From: a virus
Taxonomy: Duplodnaviria > Caudoviricetes
DNA length: 58,478 nucleotides
Reading direction: 5' to 3' (one strand)
Virus record (IMG/VR): IMGVR_UViG_3300046010_007871
Coordinates: 1 to 58,478 of that record
Part shown: one piece after another, positions 8,999 to 17,942 of the stretch
Layout of the letters: each line of letters starts with the position of its first letter
Numbering within the stretch: position 1 is the first letter of the stretch
Translations under genes and position numbers: made by a program
Notes under the pieces: model-generated
The model's database searches: none
What the model was told of the DNA's origin: nothing
What the model saw: the letters and a program-made list of their open reading frames with translations, nothing else

Positions 8999-9625
8999 AT
9001 GATCATCAACTGGTACCAAGCAGGACTTAGCAAAAAAGCATGGGATGGCAGCCATAACGACGTGGCCTTCGCGGGCCATGTCGACGCGAACCCGCAGCTT
9101 GTGTTCTGGCCCACGTGGCCAGAGCGAATCCGAGCACTGGGCGCGGTGCGCATCATCGACTGCGAGCGCATGCACGCGATCGCTCGAAACTGGACGGCAG
9201 TGGCGCAGCCCTCAGTCCGACCGATGTCGGACGACCAGTGCAGCCGCTACCACTTCGAGGGATGGGCGCTGTCTCGCCTCATCGCGTCCGAGCTCTGCGC
9301 CATCGAGGCCATCGAGAGGCGCGATGGCGAAGAGGCCGCGATGATCATCGAGGCGGCGCAAGCCTCGTCGTCGATGACCATTGAGCCCAACTCGTGGGCG
9401 CATCAGTCGGCGCACACGGCGATGGCATGGCAGTACGATGGCCCGCACGAGTGCGTCAAGCTCATGCTGGCTCGACGCGGATTCCGCGTGTGCTCGGCGT
9501 ACGAGCACTCGGTCGAATACCCCGACAGGCGAGGCCAGACGTGGCTCGAGCCACGCCAGCCGCCACGAACGGACTGGCTCGCGGAGGCCAAGGCCTTCTG
9601 GCTGACGAAGCGAGGTGCGCTGTGA
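8999..9625 (+). CDS. Hypothetical protein (probable paralog of the next gene)
   Basis: GGAG RBS; C-terminal PRTDWLAEAKAFW. Confidence 0.65.
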   Translation: MIINWYQAGLSKKAWDGSHNDVAFAGHVDANPQLVFWPTWPERIRALGAVRIIDCERMHAIARNWTAVAQPSVRPMSDDQCSRYHFEGWALSRLIASELCAIEAIERRDGEEAAMIIEAAQASSSMTIEPNSWAHQSAHTAMAWQYDGPHECVKLMLARRGFRVCSAYEHSVEYPDRRGQTWLEPRQPPRTDWLAEAKAFWLTKRGAL

Positions 9626-10209
9626 GCGCCGTGTCCGTACGCTGGCGCAAGAGCGGCACGGTGGCCGCTTTCACGTCGCCCGGCGACCCATGGTGGTCGC
9701 TCGAGCGAGACTGGCACGTGCGCGCGCACCTGGCTGGGTGCGTCGCCATCCTCGACTATCAGGTCATGGCCGCGGCTGGTGACCTGCCAGGCGCGACCTA
9801 CAGCGGCGACACCATCACGTTTACCGGCGAGGCCCTAGCAGCGTTGCGCGCCTCGGAGCTGGCCGCCGTGGAGCGCCTTGAGCAGCAGGGCATGGCCGAC
9901 GCGGAGCGGCTGTTTGCCGTGGCAAAGGCAAACGACTGGCGGCTGCCCGCGGAGGCGCCAATCACGAGCGCAAAGTACGACGGCGAAACGATCGTCCGCA
10001 CGCGGCTCTACGTGCTCAGCCGCGACGCGGCGTGGCACCAGATGCACGACGCACTCGGCCTGTGTGTCGAGCGGTTGGGGTACCAGATCGGATGGCGCGA
10101 CAGCTTCATGCCGTGCGCGACCGCACAGCTCGTGCCCCTCGAGGGGCCGCGCGTTGACTGGCTCGAGGAGAGCCGAGCCTACTGGCAATTGCAAGGAGTG
10201 GAGCCATGA
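9622..10209 (+). CDS. Hypothetical protein
   Basis: GTGA overlap; C-terminal PRVDWLEESRAYW. Confidence 0.65.
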   Translation: MSAVSVRWRKSGTVAAFTSPGDPWWSLERDWHVRAHLAGCVAILDYQVMAAAGDLPGATYSGDTITFTGEALAALRASELAAVERLEQQGMADAERLFAVAKANDWRLPAEAPITSAKYDGETIVRTRLYVLSRDAAWHQMHDALGLCVERLGYQIGWRDSFMPCATAQLVPLEGPRVDWLEESRAYWQLQGVEP

Positions 10210-10490
10210 CCATCTCACGCAAAGCACTGGCTTCCATCCGCGCAGCGCTGCACCAGATCGGCGCCGCCATCCGAGACGAGGTACAGCAGGAGCGCTCCAC
10301 GCTCATCGGCGCCGAGTACGTGCGTGGCGGCTGCGATGGCATCTGGACCGTCAAGCTCGACACGGGCAACACAGTGCAGCTGCGGTGCGGCGACCGCTAT
10401 GCGTTCGTGGCGCGCTCCGAGCTCGACGGCCCGCTGTGGACCCGCCTCGACCGCGTCTACGGCACCACGCCCACGCAGGGCGACGCGTGA
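10206..10490 (+). CDS. Hypothetical protein
   Basis: GGAG RBS, ATGA overlap. Confidence 0.6.
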   Translation: MTISRKALASIRAALHQIGAAIRDEVQQERSTLIGAEYVRGGCDGIWTVKLDTGNTVQLRCGDRYAFVARSELDGPLWTRLDRVYGTTPTQGDA

Positions 10491-10759
10491 CCACCGACTT
10501 CGACGTGCGGCTGCTCGAGCTGGTCGAGCAGCTGCGCGAGGGAGAAACCACCATGCGACGAGAGTACAACCACAGCCCGCTCGGCCTGCTACCGAGCACG
10601 GGCAAGTCAACGATCAACATCCGCTACAGCCTGCCAGTGGAGCTCGTGGACTGGGTGCGCTCGGAGTCGCAGGCGCTAGGCATCAGCGCGAGCGAGTTTG
10701 TCGAGGCGCAGCTCGACACCGCGCGCGACAACTGGGACGACATCCACAGCGACGACTAG
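10487..10759 (+). CDS. Ribbon-helix-helix (CopG-like) DNA-binding protein
   Basis: INIRYSLPVELVDWVRSESQALGISASEFVEAQL fits the RHH pattern. Confidence 0.65.
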   Translation: MTTDFDVRLLELVEQLREGETTMRREYNHSPLGLLPSTGKSTINIRYSLPVELVDWVRSESQALGISASEFVEAQLDTARDNWDDIHSDD

Positions 10760-10780
10760 TCAAGCGCAAAACGACGTCGC

Positions 10781-10818
10781 AAAAAAACGCACCTGCTTGC
10801 CATGGGTGCGTTTTTTTT
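10781..10818. terminator. Intrinsic terminator, potentially bidirectional
   Basis: AAAAAAACGCACC-loop-GGTGCGTTTTTTTT. Confidence 0.8.
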
Positions 10819-10820
10819 AC

Positions 10821-10885
10821 TTGCGCATCTGCCAGGCTGCGCTATTGTCTCTCTCGTCAGCAGCGGACACCCCGAGCGGGACCGC
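10821..10885 (+). promoter_or_regulatory. Promoter (TTGCGC-16-TATTGT) plus leader hairpin, copy 4
   Basis: Shares ACTTGCGC...GGCTGCGCTATTGTCTC with copy 1; hairpin gcggACACCCCgagcGGGAccgc at 10863-10885. Confidence 0.65.
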
Positions 10886-10904
10886 GACAACCAGGAGACC
10901 GACG

Positions 10905-11321
10905 ATGGACAAGCTAAGCATTCGCAACCACGTGTATTCCACCGGCAGCTCGTACGCTCCGATCAAGAGCGTGACGCCGTGGCAACAGCGCCTTGCGCCC
11001 AGCGCCGGCAGCGCGTACCAGCCCGAGCCGCCGCGCGATGCGGTGCTCGAGATGATCGTAGTGATGGACAACCCCGCGACCGGATATGGGGTTGAGTACG
11101 AGGTTCTGATCTGCGCAGACCTGATTCCTGCGCAAAACGGCGGCATGTGGGACCCCAGCTGGCCCGCCCACTTCGGCGAGGCCGAGGCATGGTACCACCG
11201 CGAGAACCGAGGTTGGAAGCGCCTCGAGCTCGACAGGCAGGGCGTGGCTCAGGTGGAGCGCGAGCTTGAGCGCGAGATGAGCTACATCGAGGTATACGGC
11301 CCGCGGGCCATGACTCGCTAG
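10905..11321 (+). CDS. Hypothetical protein
   Basis: AGGAG RBS after the hairpin. Confidence 0.65.
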   Translation: MDKLSIRNHVYSTGSSYAPIKSVTPWQQRLAPSAGSAYQPEPPRDAVLEMIVVMDNPATGYGVEYEVLICADLIPAQNGGMWDPSWPAHFGEAEAWYHRENRGWKRLELDRQGVAQVERELEREMSYIEVYGPRAMTR

Positions 11322-11323
11322 GC

Positions 11324-11372
11324 CACAAAAGCACGAAGCGCCCAGGTCATGCCTGGGCGTTGTCGTTTTGTG
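11324..11372. terminator. Hairpin between the convergent early and late blocks
   Basis: CGCCCAGG-tcatg-CCTGGGCG flanked by CACAAAA and TTTTGTG. Confidence 0.65.
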
Positions 11373-11401
11373 CAACGTGTAAGCTTAGCTTACCGGTTGG
11401 G

Positions 11402-11680
11402 TCAACTCCATTTTTCGCGGTCGCTCCAGTAGGCCGCGCTCAGCTTGCCCTTGGCGATGTTCTTGGCGTGCCGAGCCTTGAACGACTTGCGCCGCGCCTT
11501 GGCTGCCTCGCTCTCGCCCTCTCGAGGTGGCGAGCCCTTGGTGCCCTGCTCGCCGAACCTGATTAGCTTGATCACGTCGCCCTCTTTCGCGAGCACGGCG
11601 TGGCTCTTGGTCGGGTGATTGGGCGTGCGCTTGGGCTTGTTGTAGCCAGCGAAACGTTCTCCTCGGTACTCAAGAGCCAT
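11402..11680 (-). CDS. Conserved small basic phage protein
   Basis: GYNKPKRTPNHPTKSHAVLAK...IRFG...SFKARH...SAAYW, a motif I recognise from other phages. Confidence 0.8.
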   Translation of the reverse strand: MALEYRGERFAGYNKPKRTPNHPTKSHAVLAKEGDVIKLIRFGEQGTKGSPPREGESEAAKARRKSFKARHAKNIAKGKLSAAYWSDREKWS

Positions 11681-11689
11681 GATGCCTCC

Positions 11690-12232
11690 TCACTTTGCCT
11701 TGACGAGCACGACGGTCATCGAGTAGTCCACGTGCGCCGCGTTGTGCTTGGTCGTGCCGCCGCGCTGCACGATCGAGCCAGGGTCACGCGAGCGCAGGTA
11801 GAAGCCGAAGATGGCCGTGCGGCCCACGGGCGCCTGCACCCAGTGCTTTCCGATGGTCCACGGCATCTGTCCCTCCTCGAGCTGCGCGAGCTTGAGCGCC
11901 ACGCACACGTCGTGGCGCCGTGCCCACTCAGGGCTCGACATGCGGTGGTCTGGCGGCTGCGCGCACATGCTGACGATGCGCACCTGCGGGTCGCGCGCGA
12001 TGGCCTCGCACTCTGCCGCCGTGGGCAACCTAGCGCCGAGCTCTACTGCCACCTCACGCGCACGGCGCTCGGATGCACGCGCCCACACGATGCCCTGCTC
12101 GGCCTCAGGCCCGGTGGTGCGTAGCGGCTCGCGCGTCACGAGCAGCCCAGGCAGCGCCGCCAGCTCGACCCACTCAGGCGCGCCAAAGTGCTCCAGCGCA
12201 GTCTCGTAGCGCCCGACGTTAGGCAGCGTCAC
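11690..12232 (-). CDS. Hypothetical protein
   Basis: In operon with neighbours; GARLPT and HVDYS motifs. Confidence 0.6.
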   Translation of the reverse strand: MTLPNVGRYETALEHFGAPEWVELAALPGLLVTREPLRTTGPEAEQGIVWARASERRAREVAVELGARLPTAAECEAIARDPQVRIVSMCAQPPDHRMSSPEWARRHDVCVALKLAQLEEGQMPWTIGKHWVQAPVGRTAIFGFYLRSRDPGSIVQRGGTTKHNAAHVDYSMTVVLVKAK

Positions 12233-12432
12233 GACAGCCTCATCGCGCCGTCAGCCGTCACGGCGATGGGCATCAGCACGCCAGCGCTCGTGCGGCCATA
12301 CACGAGCACGCCAGGGCCCTTGGCGAGCGTCACGCTAGGCGTGCCTGCGTCGGCAATGGATAGCTCGCCCGTAGCCGTCACGCGAAGCGCGACCTGGGGA
12401 CCAGTCGAGGTGCGACCGAAGGAGGGGAGCAT
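12229..12432 (-). CDS. Small protein with two GR-x3-G-x3-(P/A)-x2-V-x3-G repeats
   Basis: FGRTSTGPQVALRVTATG and YGRTSAGVLMPIAVTADG. Confidence 0.6.
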   Translation of the reverse strand: MLPSFGRTSTGPQVALRVTATGELSIADAGTPSVTLAKGPGVLVYGRTSAGVLMPIAVTADGAMRLS

Positions 12433-12435
12433 AGA

Positions 12436-13353
12436 TCAAGCCGCCTTCAATAGAAGCGTGTTGTCGCGAATCTGCGATGCTGTTTTGGCACTATTGGTTA
12501 AGCTAACCCAACCTACGATTCCGGCTCCTCCCAACAAAAGAGCCAGTTGTGTGAATGGGTTTGTGAATGCTGCAAAAGAGCCGAGCGAAATGCTGCTTGT
12601 GCCACCTGCCGCTGATGAAACGACAAATCCGTCTACGTACAGAGTTAAAGTTACTGCCGACGAATTTGTCCTGTCTAGCACGATCGCCAAGTGAACAGGT
12701 CTTGATGTAATCAATCCAGCCGGTATTCCAATCGTGCCAACCGTACTGCCTGCTCGCTGAACTTCCAAACTAAACCCAATGTTAGAACCTCCGGTCGAAG
12801 TGCTAGTGATGTTGATAGCATTCGCGCCGATTCCAAAGTCATTCAAGATTAGTGGAAAAGTTCTTCCTACTACTACGATCCAAGAAAAGTCAAGTTGCAA
12901 GTACGCCTCAATCGTAATCGAGCTATTTTGCCATGCGGCGCTGAACGTATTTGCAGCGGTTAGCACTCCTTCGCTTGAGCTGTTGATTGCATATCCGCGA
13001 AGCCCGGTGCGTCCAGATGGCCACAATCCTTGGCTGGAAGGCGTAGTGCCTGGTGATGTGCTTCCTGCCGTTGCCTGTGCTGCACCTGCGGTGCCTTGAT
13101 TTGCATATGGTCCAGCGCCGGATGGGATCCACGTGTAATCACCAACCGATGGCAAGCTGCCACCATTCCTTAATGTTCCAGAAGATAACGTGAGACCTGT
13201 GCCGACGTTGACCGCCGTGCCATCGCCTGCGGTGAGCTGCGAGCTGGTGCCAGGCCACGAAGTGCTACCGCCGCTCGTCTGCACGATGCCGTTGCCGTCC
13301 ACGAGTAGCGGAACCTGGTTTCCGTTTGCATCTCGGCCATAGAGTAGTGTCAT
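12436..13353 (-). CDS. Putative receptor-binding/virion protein with LamG (concanavalin)-like C-terminus
   Basis: ITIEAY, VHLAIV, LTLYVDG; visibly AT-richer than its flanks. Confidence 0.6.
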   Translation of the reverse strand: MTLLYGRDANGNQVPLLVDGNGIVQTSGGSTSWPGTSSQLTAGDGTAVNVGTGLTLSSGTLRNGGSLPSVGDYTWIPSGAGPYANQGTAGAAQATAGSTSPGTTPSSQGLWPSGRTGLRGYAINSSSEGVLTAANTFSAAWQNSSITIEAYLQLDFSWIVVVGRTFPLILNDFGIGANAINITSTSTGGSNIGFSLEVQRAGSTVGTIGIPAGLITSRPVHLAIVLDRTNSSAVTLTLYVDGFVVSSAAGGTSSISLGSFAAFTNPFTQLALLLGGAGIVGWVSLTNSAKTASQIRDNTLLLKAA

Positions 13354-13541
13354 CGTCGTGGCTCCTCAGTCGTTGTAGGTCTCGCGCTTCGACAGGTCGT
13401 CATCGTCGCCCACGAAGCGCATGCGCGGGCGCTCGTGGGACTCAGGTTGTGCGAGCATGGTGCGCACCCAGTCGAGCAGCGGCTCTACGCCACGCGCAAG
13501 CGCAGCGGCACGTAGCTCGGACTGCGCAGCCCGCGAGAGCA

Positions 13542-14282
13542 TCACTTGCCGCCGCTCAGCGCATCGTTGCGCGCGTCGTGCATGGCCTTGGTCGCATCGG
13601 GTGCGACCATTTTGCGTAGCTCGAGCTGCTGGCTCTGCAGCGCGGCCACGATGGCCTCCACCGCGACACCAAGGGCCTTCGCAAACGCTTCGATCAACGA
13701 TGCATCCATCTCTTGCTCCTCTTCAATCTCGACCCAGCCAGCAGCCTCGCTCGTGCGAAGGATGCTCAGCACGCGCGCTCGCACATCGCCAGCGGTGATG
13801 CGCCCGTCGCGGTTGCCGTCGAGCCCACTGTTTTGCGCGTAGACTCGACCGCGCGTGAACTTGGCGTTGGGCACGAGCTCGGTGGAGTCCTTCTCGCCGA
13901 TTAGGAACGAGTCAGGCTTGCCTACGCCAGCGGGCCAAAAGACTTGCAGATACGCATCGCCAGGCATGCGCCACTTGGGCATGCGCGCGAGGTACGCCTT
14001 GACGTAGTCGAGCTGCTGCACGGCGCTCATGGCTGCGAGTTGGTCGGTGGTGGTACCAAGCATCTTAGCCGTGCTGGGCATAAACTGGATCAACCCCGTG
14101 GCGCCGCCGCTCGGATTGCGCACGCTGGGCGACCACGTCCACGACGACTCGAACCCCATCAGCGACGCGAGCTCGCCCGGTGGGATGCCGACGTCGATTG
14201 CGACCTGGTAAAGCTTGCGCCGAAACTCTGGCGTCGTGCGCTGGATAAGATTTTTTACCTTAGGAAGCTTTCGAGCAGTCAC
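13542..14282 (-). CDS. Lytic transglycosylase/endolysin (SLT family)
   Basis: MGFES...ATGLIQF...MSAVQQLDYV...GLDGNRDGRIT. Confidence 0.85.
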   Translation of the reverse strand: MTARKLPKVKNLIQRTTPEFRRKLYQVAIDVGIPPGELASLMGFESSWTWSPSVRNPSGGATGLIQFMPSTAKMLGTTTDQLAAMSAVQQLDYVKAYLARMPKWRMPGDAYLQVFWPAGVGKPDSFLIGEKDSTELVPNAKFTRGRVYAQNSGLDGNRDGRITAGDVRARVLSILRTSEAAGWVEIEEEQEMDASLIEAFAKALGVAVEAIVAALQSQQLELRKMVAPDATKAMHDARNDALSGGK

Positions 14283-14524
14283 TGCACCACCTCCTCGCGT
14301 CGAATCACCGTTCCGCATGCGATGCACAGCGTGACGCCGTCGCTAATCTCGAGCGTCTGCGCATGGTACACCTTGCGCGCGTCCCATGTCTCGCGGAACG
14401 CATCACCAACGATACAGATGGCGTCGTCGCTCGAGGTGGCACCACGAGGCGCGTGCAACACGTGGAGCCTGTACGGCAAGCCAACGTGGTCGTAGTAGGA
14501 CACGTTCGCGCCGACGTTGATCAC
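14279..14524 (-). CDS. Hypothetical protein
   Basis: GTGA overlaps at both ends. Confidence 0.5.
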   Translation of the reverse strand: MINVGANVSYYDHVGLPYRLHVLHAPRGATSSDDAICIVGDAFRETWDARKVYHAQTLEISDGVTLCIACGTVIRREEVVQ

Positions 14525-15090
14525 GGTTTCTTCGGGCTCCACGCTTCGACGGTGTGCCATCTGTCCCAGCGTGCGGCGGCGCCGCGGAGCCCTGTAGCGC
14601 ATGTCCCTCGCATGTACGCGCTGAGCCTGTCGCGCGCCTCTAGTTTGCGGCACATCGAAAGAGAGCCCACGGCCAGCGCCAACGCCTTGCGCGCTGCGAG
14701 CTTGCGGTCGGCCTGCAGCATGGCACCCGTCACGCGCGAGCCATCGGCCTTGGTGTACGACTTGAGCTGCCACACCGAGAACGACGTGCCACCATCACAG
14801 CGCGACCACCACCCGCCACCTGGCTTGCCTCGGTAGCAGGGCCCCACGTCCACATCCTGTGAGAGCGCGCTTTCCTCGAGCGCCAGCGCCAGCAGCAGCG
14901 CGGCCTCGCTCTTGTCGCTGAGCCCCGTGCCGCTCGCGTCGAGTGCCGCTGCTTCGATGGCCTCCGCGATGGCCTGATAGCGCGCACGCGCCTCGGCCTC
15001 TGTCTCGCTCCAGCCGGGAAACTTCTTCGCACTCGCCGGCGGCGCGAACGCCATCATCGCAGCCACGAGCCACGTCACCAGCGCGCTCAC
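14521..15090 (-). CDS. Secreted lysozyme-like protein (putative second muralytic enzyme)
   Basis: Signal-peptide-like N-terminus; LEES...DGGTSFSVWQL resembles the E-S...G-x-x-Q layout. Confidence 0.5.
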   Translation of the reverse strand: MSALVTWLVAAMMAFAPPASAKKFPGWSETEAEARARYQAIAEAIEAAALDASGTGLSDKSEAALLLALALEESALSQDVDVGPCYRGKPGGGWWSRCDGGTSFSVWQLKSYTKADGSRVTGAMLQADRKLAARKALALAVGSLSMCRKLEARDRLSAYMRGTCATGLRGAAARWDRWHTVEAWSPKKP

Positions 15091-15530
15091 TTGCGCCCCT
15101 GCATGGCCCTGACGCTCTCGGCCAAGCTCTCGCCCGCCTTGGCTGCCTGCACGCCGATACCGAGCAGCGTGGCCGCGTCGGGAGCCTTGCCCTTCTCCGC
15201 AGCCTGCGCCGCGATGATGGCAGCGATGGCCGCGATGTGCGCCGCTCTCGCGCTGTCGTACGCCGTGGCGAGCGGGAGGCACAGTTGGTCGAGCTTGGTC
15301 ACCGCTGCAACCCGCTTGGCATCGTCCATCGTCGCCGCATGGTCAGCGATGGCACGATAGGGCCGCGTGCACCGCTCCTCGACGATGGGCGCCGTGGCGT
15401 CGAGCATGTCACCGAGGCCGTTGCTGCTCGCGATGGCGACGTTGAGCGCGCTTACGCAGCCAGAGCACCACGTCGAGATGATGAGCAGCACCAAGGCCGC
15501 GATGGTGAATGTGCGTTCGGGGTGTCTCAT
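15087..15530 (-). CDS. Putative lipoprotein (spanin-like)
   Basis: Hydrophobic signal with an SGC lipobox-like site; helical body; lysis context. Confidence 0.5.
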   Translation of the reverse strand: MRHPERTFTIAALVLLIISTWCSGCVSALNVAIASSNGLGDMLDATAPIVEERCTRPYRAIADHAATMDDAKRVAAVTKLDQLCLPLATAYDSARAAHIAAIAAIIAAQAAEKGKAPDAATLLGIGVQAAKAGESLAESVRAMQGRK

Positions 15531-15745
15531 GGCGTCTGTCCCTTCTTCGTCTTGCGCATGCGCTCGAGCGCCGCTGGCGCATCGGTGGTCAGTAGAGCTC
15601 GCAGCGCACCGACCATCTTTGCCTCGCGCTTGTAGCCGCGCTTCTCAAGCATGCCTTCGAGCTGGTGGAGCAACACCGAGAGCAGCGACAAGCCAGCGAC
15701 GATCGCCACCACGAGCAGCACGTCGGGCAGCTCGGAAAGACTCAC
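15527..15745 (-). CDS. Small membrane protein (holin candidate)
   Basis: N-terminal TM helix, basic C-terminus. Confidence 0.45.
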   Translation of the reverse strand: MSLSELPDVLLVVAIVAGLSLLSVLLHQLEGMLEKRGYKREAKMVGALRALLTTDAPAALERMRKTKKGQTP

Positions 15746-16122
15746 CGCCGCGGCCCTTTCATGGCGGCAACGATGCCCACTACCATGGTGGCGATGACCA
15801 CGCCGACCTCGCGCGCCATGGGCGATAGGTCGGTCATGCTGCCGAGCAGCGACTGAGCCAAGAGAAACGTGCCGCTCGAGCTCGTCACAATCCAGGTGCG
15901 ATCGACGGTTGGCAGCTTGCTCTTGATCTCGGCGATGTCTGCTTCAATCCGCGCGAATCTGTCTTTGTTGCCGCGGCTCTCTTCAATCAACCGACGCAGC
16001 GCCGCAGCCGAGGCGATGGGGTCGCTCGAGATGACGTCGGCGTCATCGTCAGCCGGTGGCGATGGCGGGACCGAGAGAATGGGCATGGATGCGCTAGCGC
16101 CGTTCATATTCGAGGCTCCCAT
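15742..16122 (-). CDS. Membrane protein with coiled coil and C-terminal TM segments
   Basis: FARIEADIAEIKSKL followed by hydrophobic segments. Confidence 0.5.
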   Translation of the reverse strand: MGASNMNGASASMPILSVPPSPPADDDADVISSDPIASAAALRRLIEESRGNKDRFARIEADIAEIKSKLPTVDRTWIVTSSSGTFLLAQSLLGSMTDLSPMAREVGVVIATMVVGIVAAMKGPRR

Positions 16123-16124
16123 GG

Positions 16125-17933
16125 TCAGATGGCTCCGATATTGCCGACGATGTGGGCATCCCACTCGTATGTTTGTCCTGTGACTCCAAGCACCTCGAGG
16201 GTGATGTCGTTTCCGCTCACTGACCAACGCCAGTTAGTGGACGCATCGTCCTCATGGCTAAAACCTGTTTGGGTGCTGGAAACGACAGGTGCCGCGCTAC
16301 CAGTGCGCTTGCACGCTGCGTAGGTGTACACCTGGGTTGCGTTGCCCTCCACGTCGGTGCGCTTGCCCACGAGGTAAGCCGTCAGCATTGCGACCGAAGA
16401 AACAGGCATCGAGATGGTTGCGCATGTCGTGTACGTGTTGTTCGTGGTCTGCACTCGCCCATGCTGGTGATGGTAGTGCTTGGTCGTTAGACCACCCGAC
16501 ACGCCGATCGGCGACATGTCAGCGGTGACGCCGTTGGGCGAGCGCGCTGCGAGCGCATGGCCTCCTGCGTAGAGCAGCTGCCCGCTGACCGGATTGGCCG
16601 TGGGGGCCGTCGCATAATCGGCGATGTACAGCACGCGGTCACCGGTGCCAGCAGGGAGTTCCGTCGCTGTCACAGCGGCACCGAGGCCGAGCACGACCGC
16701 TCTGCGCCCCGTGGCGACCTCCGCGACCTCGACCATGGGCTCTGCGCTGGTCTCGTCGAGCGAGAGTCGCACGCCGCCCTTGAGGCCCGTGCCGTGCGGC
16801 GAGCCCCCAGCGAGCGCAAGCGTGCCGCCGTTGCCGTTGCCTCCCAGCGAAGTCTGCGCGGCAATGGTCAGCGTTGTGCCGTTGCCGGTGGTCTTGTCCT
16901 CCTGGTTGATAAGCGGAGTTGCTAACGTTTCGTCAATAGCGATCGTGCCGCCGCTGGTCGGGCCTGGGATGTAAATATATGGACCGCCGCTAAGCCCAAG
17001 GCTGACGAAGTTGGTGCTATCAAGCACCAGATTGTTTCCAGACGTCAGCGTAATATCGCTTGGTGCTGTGACGGTGACACTGTTGCCATCGACGAACGTC
17101 GGATAGCTTGACGTGCCTAGCTCGACCACGTCGGCGTTGACTGCGCCGAACGCGAGCACCGTTGCATCTGCCGCGTCGGCAAAGTCTCGCGCCTGCACCG
17201 TGAACGCCTGCGGCAAACGCACCTCGCCAGCTGTGGCGATGGGGTTTCCGCCTTGCGTAACTGCCAGATACGACAGAGCCGTCGCGCTGTTGAGCTGCGT
17301 GCCCGAGACGTCTGCAGTTGCGCTCAGCACACCCGAGCCGTTGGTGATTACCACGCGGTCAGCCGTGAGCGAGCTTGGAAGGATGGCGTCGACCTTGGCC
17401 TTGTCTGCCGCCGACATGCTGCCAGCAGCCACCGAGCTTGCCGCAGTGATGGCAATGTTTGGCGATGCGCCGCCGCTCGACGTGATGGGCGCGCTAGCCG
17501 TCACGGTCGAGACGCCGCCAGAGGCCACGTTGCGCACGGCGCTGTTGACGATGCCAGTCCAGCCGAACGCAGCCGAGCTCTCCGCGTTCTCGCCCACGCA
17601 CGCGACCTCGAGGCTGGTGCCAGTGGCAGGAACCCACCACTTGCGCGTGGTGCTGTAGCTCGTGTCGAGCTGACCTAGCTGGTTAATGCCGCCGTTGATC
17701 GTGCACCGAAGGATCGCAGCCGTGCCAGCTGCGCCCGCTGTGATGGTGGCCACGCTGCCCAGCGTGCCGCTCGTGGCGATGGTGTATGTGCCGCTCGTCT
17801 CGTCCGTGCCGACGATGCTCCACGACACCGACGACACGCCCGTCAGCGATGTGAGCGTTGCGACAACAGAACCTGCCGCGGTGGCCTGGTACTTGTTGAC
17901 GCTGCCCGTAAATGTAAACGCAGGAGAAGGCAT
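16125..17933 (-). CDS. Tail fibre / virion appendage protein
   Basis: 602 aa rich in Gly/Thr/Ser/Ala, AAGSMSAADKAKVD motif, downstream of the baseplate. Confidence 0.7.
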   Translation of the reverse strand: MPSPAFTFTGSVNKYQATAAGSVVATLTSLTGVSSVSWSIVGTDETSGTYTIATSGTLGSVATITAGAAGTAAILRCTINGGINQLGQLDTSYSTTRKWWVPATGTSLEVACVGENAESSAAFGWTGIVNSAVRNVASGGVSTVTASAPITSSGGASPNIAITAASSVAAGSMSAADKAKVDAILPSSLTADRVVITNGSGVLSATADVSGTQLNSATALSYLAVTQGGNPIATAGEVRLPQAFTVQARDFADAADATVLAFGAVNADVVELGTSSYPTFVDGNSVTVTAPSDITLTSGNNLVLDSTNFVSLGLSGGPYIYIPGPTSGGTIAIDETLATPLINQEDKTTGNGTTLTIAAQTSLGGNGNGGTLALAGGSPHGTGLKGGVRLSLDETSAEPMVEVAEVATGRRAVVLGLGAAVTATELPAGTGDRVLYIADYATAPTANPVSGQLLYAGGHALAARSPNGVTADMSPIGVSGGLTTKHYHHQHGRVQTTNNTYTTCATISMPVSSVAMLTAYLVGKRTDVEGNATQVYTYAACKRTGSAAPVVSSTQTGFSHEDDASTNWRWSVSGNDITLEVLGVTGQTYEWDAHIVGNIGAI

Positions 17934-17942
17934 GGTGTTACC

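Noticed and set aside
8025-10885. Hairpin repeats as a CRISPR array for the type IV-B operon
   Set aside because: Copies are about 290-1900 bp apart and separated by protein-coding genes, with no regular repeat-spacer period
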